A stretch of DNA of 64,000 nt, from NCBI GenBank assembly GCA_964649515.1, contig CAZYPV010000007.1:1248-65247 (forward strand), written 5' to 3'. Position 1 is the stretch's first letter. Each line of letters begins with the position of its first letter. The DNA is from an uncultured Comamonadaceae bacterium (lineage in GTDB: Bacteria; Bacteroidota; Bacteroidia; Flavobacteriales_D; Sanyastnellaceae). The position numbers and the translations under genes are program-made. Of the stretch, positions 60,801 through 64,000 are shown in pieces. The notes under the pieces were generated by a model that was not told where the DNA came from, did no database searches, and worked only from the letters and a program-made list of their open reading frames with translations.

Positions 60801-60995
60801 TTGGATAATGCACAGGATGTGATCATCAATATTTACGGAATGAACGGTCAGTTGGTGAAGGTTATCCGCAAAGACAACATCCTCGGGGCACAACGTCTGA
60901 ACATTGATGTGAATGACTTGTCTCGTGGCCAATACTTCTTACAGTTGAACACGGCAAAAGAAAGCAAAGTGGCGAAATTCGTCATCCTCAATTAA
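57846..60995 (+). CDS. secreted beta-propeller protein with Asp-box (BNR)-like repeats and a T9SS type A C-terminal sorting domain
   Basis: 1049 aa with a signal peptide. Degenerate SxDxGxTW-like motifs recur (STDGMNW, STDGGDTY, SDDGNDW). The C-terminus reads FTVYPNPVTGGQVNV...LSRGQYFLQL...KFVILN. Confidence 0.75.
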   Translation: MRIRALLFSTGAVAIAATLTFLSMQEDSSSYIPRDDQEIAASPDGAAEVWRRLRADNETGVVNESDYARLRKAAIKRQGASQKSAPSMQWAEMGPDNIGGRGRALYIVNDNEIWTGGVSGGLWVSYNGADSWQQITSFPNCMVTSITRNNNGRWYVGTGSQFDGAGGSGGSGFRGRGVYTSTDGMNWEIIEDTDPGLLGGGDWTAVEALEPDPFNGERVWFAGNAGYGYIDGTQVFEGVASGVPNSNAQDIEIAADGSYMLLVMDGGRVWRSTDNTYLDFVQLFAPNDPGYLPQSGIGRARVAISSDDVNQAYVLYSTGSGFFGGVYHSANAGGEGSWSNIWPSNVNGQTPLPRGQGIYDLALDIKKGDPSICYVGGIELWRSGPNYQAELAAFAIDFPGSTNAVHADVHEIRFAENGDMYIMTDGGVYKSTDGGDTYTAMNRGLNITQFYGIAYTPGTGVLGGTQDNGSLLIPADGSMTTDQEAFEVFGGDGFDCAVSQLTESPMGAAFVMSQYGNLGRFTDDGSGGAFYDDEIIALQDADGEIGQFYSVCQLHEDFSDDNSQQFVILVNPYEETVTDSTFNLNTLNMNMPFEYTLEPGQELRYWDQLIRPELTLDEPLTEDPNYFWLDPQELTAEQIICDVDSMEVGTEMVITNIEPIDSCTTFLDEIICVTIGYDTTFAEVPVYEFTETCDTSYFYAADTLFDVRERLLVQDPYTSLFAVGFIGSQGVWITREAMNFNTTPDWHRVMNAPGSGGTKAIEFSADGNYMWVSGWDGSLTRVGNLQQFWGEEDLDVLEIDEVVQNAGGVVTGVAIDPNDPDHVVYTVGGYGNTGGGKVRESFNATSQSAIFTNRWLPNSDELSSMPVYDVVINVNNPDELIIGTEFGVMTSDDGNDWEFVNAGMAPLADALACPVMSVEQQWRQDDTYSFPTNKGVVYAGSHGRGIFKSDNLVSVAENFSEEVEKELFTVYPNPVTGGQVNVNIELDNAQDVIINIYGMNGQLVKVIRKDNILGAQRLNIDVNDLSRGQYFLQLNTAKESKVAKFVILN

Positions 60996-61017
60996 GAAGA
61001 AAACAACATTCAAAAGG

Positions 61018-61053
61018 CTCTCCTTTCACTTCGGTGGGAGGAGAGTTTTTTTT
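61018..61053 (+). terminator. rho-independent terminator with UUCG tetraloop
   Basis: A 12-bp stem (61018-61029 pairing with 61034-61045, including two G-U pairs) closes on the loop TTCG. Eight T follow. Confidence 0.85.
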
Positions 61054-61087
61054 ATGTGAATATTTCGGAATTGGTTAATTTCACCGC

Positions 61088-62089
61088 ATGAAGAAAATAA
61101 GGGTAGCCATCAATGGCTTCGGGAGAATTGGTAGGACAATCGCGCGTCTGTTGGCCCACGACGAAAGCATCGAATTGGTAGCGGTGAACGACTTGCACCA
61201 AGCCGATGTCCTCACACATCTTTTGAAGTATGACTCTACTCACGGAAAGTTCAATACCAAGTGCACACTGGAAGGCTCTAAGCTGAGTTATGGGCTGCAG
61301 TCAACCGTGTTCATGAACGAACGAAACGTTAACGAATTGCCTTGGCAAACACTTGGAATAGACATTGTTCTCGAATGCACCGGGAAGTTCAAAACAATGG
61401 AAGAACTGGAAGCTCACCTGAATGCGGGGGCCAAGAAAGTCATTCTTTCATCTCCTCCAAGTGATAAGCGGATCAAGACCGTTGTGCTTGGAGTGAATGA
61501 GGAAACAATATCGACCGAAGACAGGATTATTTCCAATGCTTCGTGCACCACAAATAACGCCGCTCCAATGATTCAAGTCTTGAACGAGTTGTGCGATATT
61601 GAAAGCTGCTACATCACCACAGTGCATAGCTACACCGGCGATCAATTGCTGCAGGATGCTCCTCATAACGACTGGCGGAGGGGAAGAGCTGCAGCGGAGA
61701 GCATCGTCCCCACAACAACTGGTGCAGCCAAGGCACTAACCCTGATTTTTCCGGAGTTGAACGATGTAATTGGCGGTTGCGGAATTCGTGTTCCTGTTCC
61801 TGATGGTTCTTTGACCGACATTACGTGCAATGTGAAAAACCCGAAAACGGCAGCAGAGATCAATGCAGCCTTTAAAAGGGCTTCAGAAGAACGCTTCAAT
61901 GGCATTTTGGAATATACTGAGGATCCTATCGTTTCGAGAGATGTGATTGGGAATCAACACAGCTGTGTGTTTGATGGCCAGCTCACGAGTGTGATCAACA
62001 ACATGGTTAAGATTGTGGGGTGGTATGACAATGAAGTGGGCTACAGCAGCCGCATGATTGACCTTTGTCGCTACTGGTCCAAACGATGA
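61088..62089 (+). CDS. gap: type I glyceraldehyde-3-phosphate dehydrogenase
   Basis: 333 aa with NGFGRIGR and the catalytic SCTTN. Confidence 0.96.
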   Translation: MKKIRVAINGFGRIGRTIARLLAHDESIELVAVNDLHQADVLTHLLKYDSTHGKFNTKCTLEGSKLSYGLQSTVFMNERNVNELPWQTLGIDIVLECTGKFKTMEELEAHLNAGAKKVILSSPPSDKRIKTVVLGVNEETISTEDRIISNASCTTNNAAPMIQVLNELCDIESCYITTVHSYTGDQLLQDAPHNDWRRGRAAAESIVPTTTGAAKALTLIFPELNDVIGGCGIRVPVPDGSLTDITCNVKNPKTAAEINAAFKRASEERFNGILEYTEDPIVSRDVIGNQHSCVFDGQLTSVINNMVKIVGWYDNEVGYSSRMIDLCRYWSKR

Positions 62090-62856
62090 GGTTTTGGCCA
62101 TTCTAAAAGGTGCAGGTCTTCTCCATCGAATTTCCCATAGGTGAAATAAGAAATCCAGTCGCCAAGATTGGTGTATTTACTGTTTTCAGAAAGATTGATT
62201 TCCAAAGGAAGATGACGATGACCATAGACAAAATGGTCGTAGTGCTCCTTTTCTAAAATTTCTTTGGAGTATATCACCAGCCATTCTTTATCGTCATCCA
62301 AACGGATTTTATCCTTTTCCCCTCCGGCCTTTCTGCTGGTTCTGCTCCAAAAATTAGCCATGGAAATGCCAAAGTTGGGGTGTAATCGTGCAAAAAGCCA
62401 TTGACAGAGCTTACTGGCAAATACTTTTTTGATGAATTTGTAGCCGTGATCCCCCGGGCCGAGTCCATCACCATGTGCAATGTAGAACTTGCTCCCATTC
62501 CAGGATCGGGTAATCGGACCGCGATGAACTTGAACTCCGCATTCGGCAGGGAGGTAATCAAAAATCCACATGTCGTGGTTGCCGGTGAATACGTGGATAG
62601 GAATTCCTTCGTCACTCAAGCGTGACAAGGTGCCAAGAAGTCGGGTGAAACCGCGAGGAACGGCCTGAGCATATTCAAACCAGAAGTCGAACACATCACC
62701 CACCAAAAAGATTTCTTGAGCAGAGGGGGCAATGGTATTCAGCCATTCCACTACCGCTTTTTCTCGAATCAAACTCGAAGTGGCGTCGGGAGCTCCCAAA
62801 TGAAAATCAGAGGCAAAATAGATGTGTTTTCCCGAGGGAAGCTCAAGGTTTTCCAA
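62071..62856 (-). CDS. lpxH: UDP-2,3-diacylglucosamine diphosphatase (LpxH, metallophosphoesterase)
   Basis: Motifs DFHLG, GDVFDFW, GNHD and HGD are present. The proposed TTG start at 62856 gives (M)ENLELPSGKHIYFASDFHLG. No in-frame ATG lies between the conserved core and the upstream gene. Confidence 0.75.
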   Translation of the reverse strand: MENLELPSGKHIYFASDFHLGAPDATSSLIREKAVVEWLNTIAPSAQEIFLVGDVFDFWFEYAQAVPRGFTRLLGTLSRLSDEGIPIHVFTGNHDMWIFDYLPAECGVQVHRGPITRSWNGSKFYIAHGDGLGPGDHGYKFIKKVFASKLCQWLFARLHPNFGISMANFWSRTSRKAGGEKDKIRLDDDKEWLVIYSKEILEKEHYDHFVYGHRHLPLEINLSENSKYTNLGDWISYFTYGKFDGEDLHLLEWPKPHRLDQ

Positions 62857-62876
62857 ACAACAAAAGTTTTGAGCGA

Positions 62877-64000
62877 CTAATGTCCGAAAATTTCCGCAAG
62901 TTGAGCACTCAAGGCAGAACCTCTCAAGTGAGTAGCGATGATTTTCCCATCTCTTCCCAGTAAAACGGTATGAGGAATGCTCGATACGCCATAGTTCTGG
63001 GCCGCGCTGTTCTGCCATCCCTGAAGGTCGCTCACGTGGTAAGGCCACATCAAACCATCTTTCGCAATGGCGTCTTCCCATTTGTTCACTTGCTTGTCCA
63101 AGGAAACCGAAAAGATCTCAAAACCGTCTGCTCGATATTTTTTGTAGGCTTCAACCACATGCGGATTCTCCCGTCGGCAAGGGCCACACCACGATGCCCA
63201 AAAGTCAATCATCACCACTTTTCCTCTCAAGTCAGACAAACGCATTGTTTCTCCTTTGGGGTTTTGCATGGCAATTTCTGGGGCTTCCATTCCCGCGCCA
63301 TATTTGGTGTTGGGAGTGGGGCGATCGCGCTTAGCTTGATTCGTTTTCTGGATTTGCTGGTCCACCATCTTGTAGTAGTAAGTGTGACCAAAATTGTTCT
63401 TCAAACCTTCTCTCACTTTTATAAAGTGCTCTTTGTCACGATTTACATCCAGCTCAGAGAGCGCAGCGAGAACAGCAGGAGAGGGCAATTCATTGTCAAT
63501 GAAGGATAGGCACTCCTGTCTTCTCAATCCCGCTAATTCAATCAACTCTTTTTGTGCCATTTGGCGAGCAGACTCATCCAATTGTGGGTTATTCGTTTTG
63601 GCTTTTAACGCCATTAGCGCTTCTTGTCGCTCGGAAAGGTTGCGATGAAAATTCAGCAAACTGCAAGTGCTTTCAGACCCCTTCACTTTGGCTTTCTCTT
63701 CGAATTGGTCAGCACTTGTTTCAATGGAAAGGTGTTCTGTTGAATCCGTAACCAATACGATGTACTGCTCATCAGAAAGCATCAGTTTATAAAAATTCAA
63801 TTCCAAACCTTCCTCGGGTTGAATCAAAAAACGTCCCTTTTCATCAATCAACGCAGAGTCGGTAACAATGGCCTTGTTGTTTACAAATCGCTGGAGGTAA
63901 ATGGTTTCCCCTTCGGCTCCCTCAATGGTTCCGCTGATACCGCTCGTTACGTTCGCAAAGTCATTGCAAGCTGAAAACAAGGATGCCGTTCCTAAAAGAA
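62877..64000 (-). CDS. TlpA-family thiol-disulfide oxidoreductase with N-terminal DUF4369-like domain (5' end runs off the window)
   Basis: Active site DFWASWCGPCRRENP. It is a close paralog of the 12398-12967 product in the thioredoxin domain. The sequence upstream of 63980 still reads as a lipoprotein signal (..LFSAC). Confidence 0.8.
   Translation of the reverse strand, partial: LLGTASLFSACNDFANVTSGISGTIEGAEGETIYLQRFVNNKAIVTDSALIDEKGRFLIQPEEGLELNFYKLMLSDEQYIVLVTDSTEHLSIETSADQFEEKAKVKGSESTCSLLNFHRNLSERQEALMALKAKTNNPQLDESARQMAQKELIELAGLRRQECLSFIDNELPSPAVLAALSELDVNRDKEHFIKVREGLKNNFGHTYYYKMVDQQIQKTNQAKRDRPTPNTKYGAGMEAPEIAMQNPKGETMRLSDLRGKVVMIDFWASWCGPCRRENPHVVEAYKKYRADGFEIFSVSLDKQVNKWEDAIAKDGLMWPYHVSDLQGWQNSAAQNYGVSSIPHTVLLGRDGKIIATHLRGSALSAQLAEIFGH

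Noticed and set aside
62857-63081. Extended lpxH ORF overlapping the tlpA-like gene
   Set aside because: The overlap region codes for the conserved thioredoxin C-terminus in the other frame, and the extension has no LpxH similarity.

Overview
This 64-kb window is a chromosomal segment that reads as Bacteroidota, probably Flavobacteriia-like. Three things support that call. Type A and type B T9SS sorting domains are present. TAnnTTTG (-7) boxes sit upstream of genes. The gene order is rpsL-rpsG-fusA-rpsJ...rplQ-carA-eno, with no tuf or adk in the ribosomal cluster.

Most of the window is ordinary core genome. It carries the fused str/S10/spc/alpha ribosomal-protein supercluster (19.9-37.7 kb). 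It also carries hldD, alaS, grpE-dnaJ, murA, uvrD, carA, eno, rlmB, lipA, gap and lpxH.

I found no rRNA, tRNA, CRISPR array, transposase, integrase or recognisable defence genes.

The least ordinary parts are envelope and secretion modules:
- A type-B T9SS cassette (42.2-51.5 kb): a small secreted protein, a 1964-aa adhesin with a choice-of-anchor-L head and SprB repeats, a PorP/SprF-like protein and a PorE-like OmpA lipoprotein.
- A GWxTD lipoprotein paired with a short Omp85-family barrel (52.4-55.3 kb).
- A sigma-54 response regulator without an HTH, at the end of a tightly coupled ABC-transporter/Ppx operon (6.0-10.4 kb).
- An isolated 508-aa all-alpha orphan gene (40.6-42.2 kb).

At the DNA level, several genes have an exact TAnnTTTG box ending 4-5 nt before the start codon, which suggests leaderless transcripts.

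I see no clear-cut new system. The findings are leads ranked by interest. All family assignments rest on motif recognition by eye, not on database searches.
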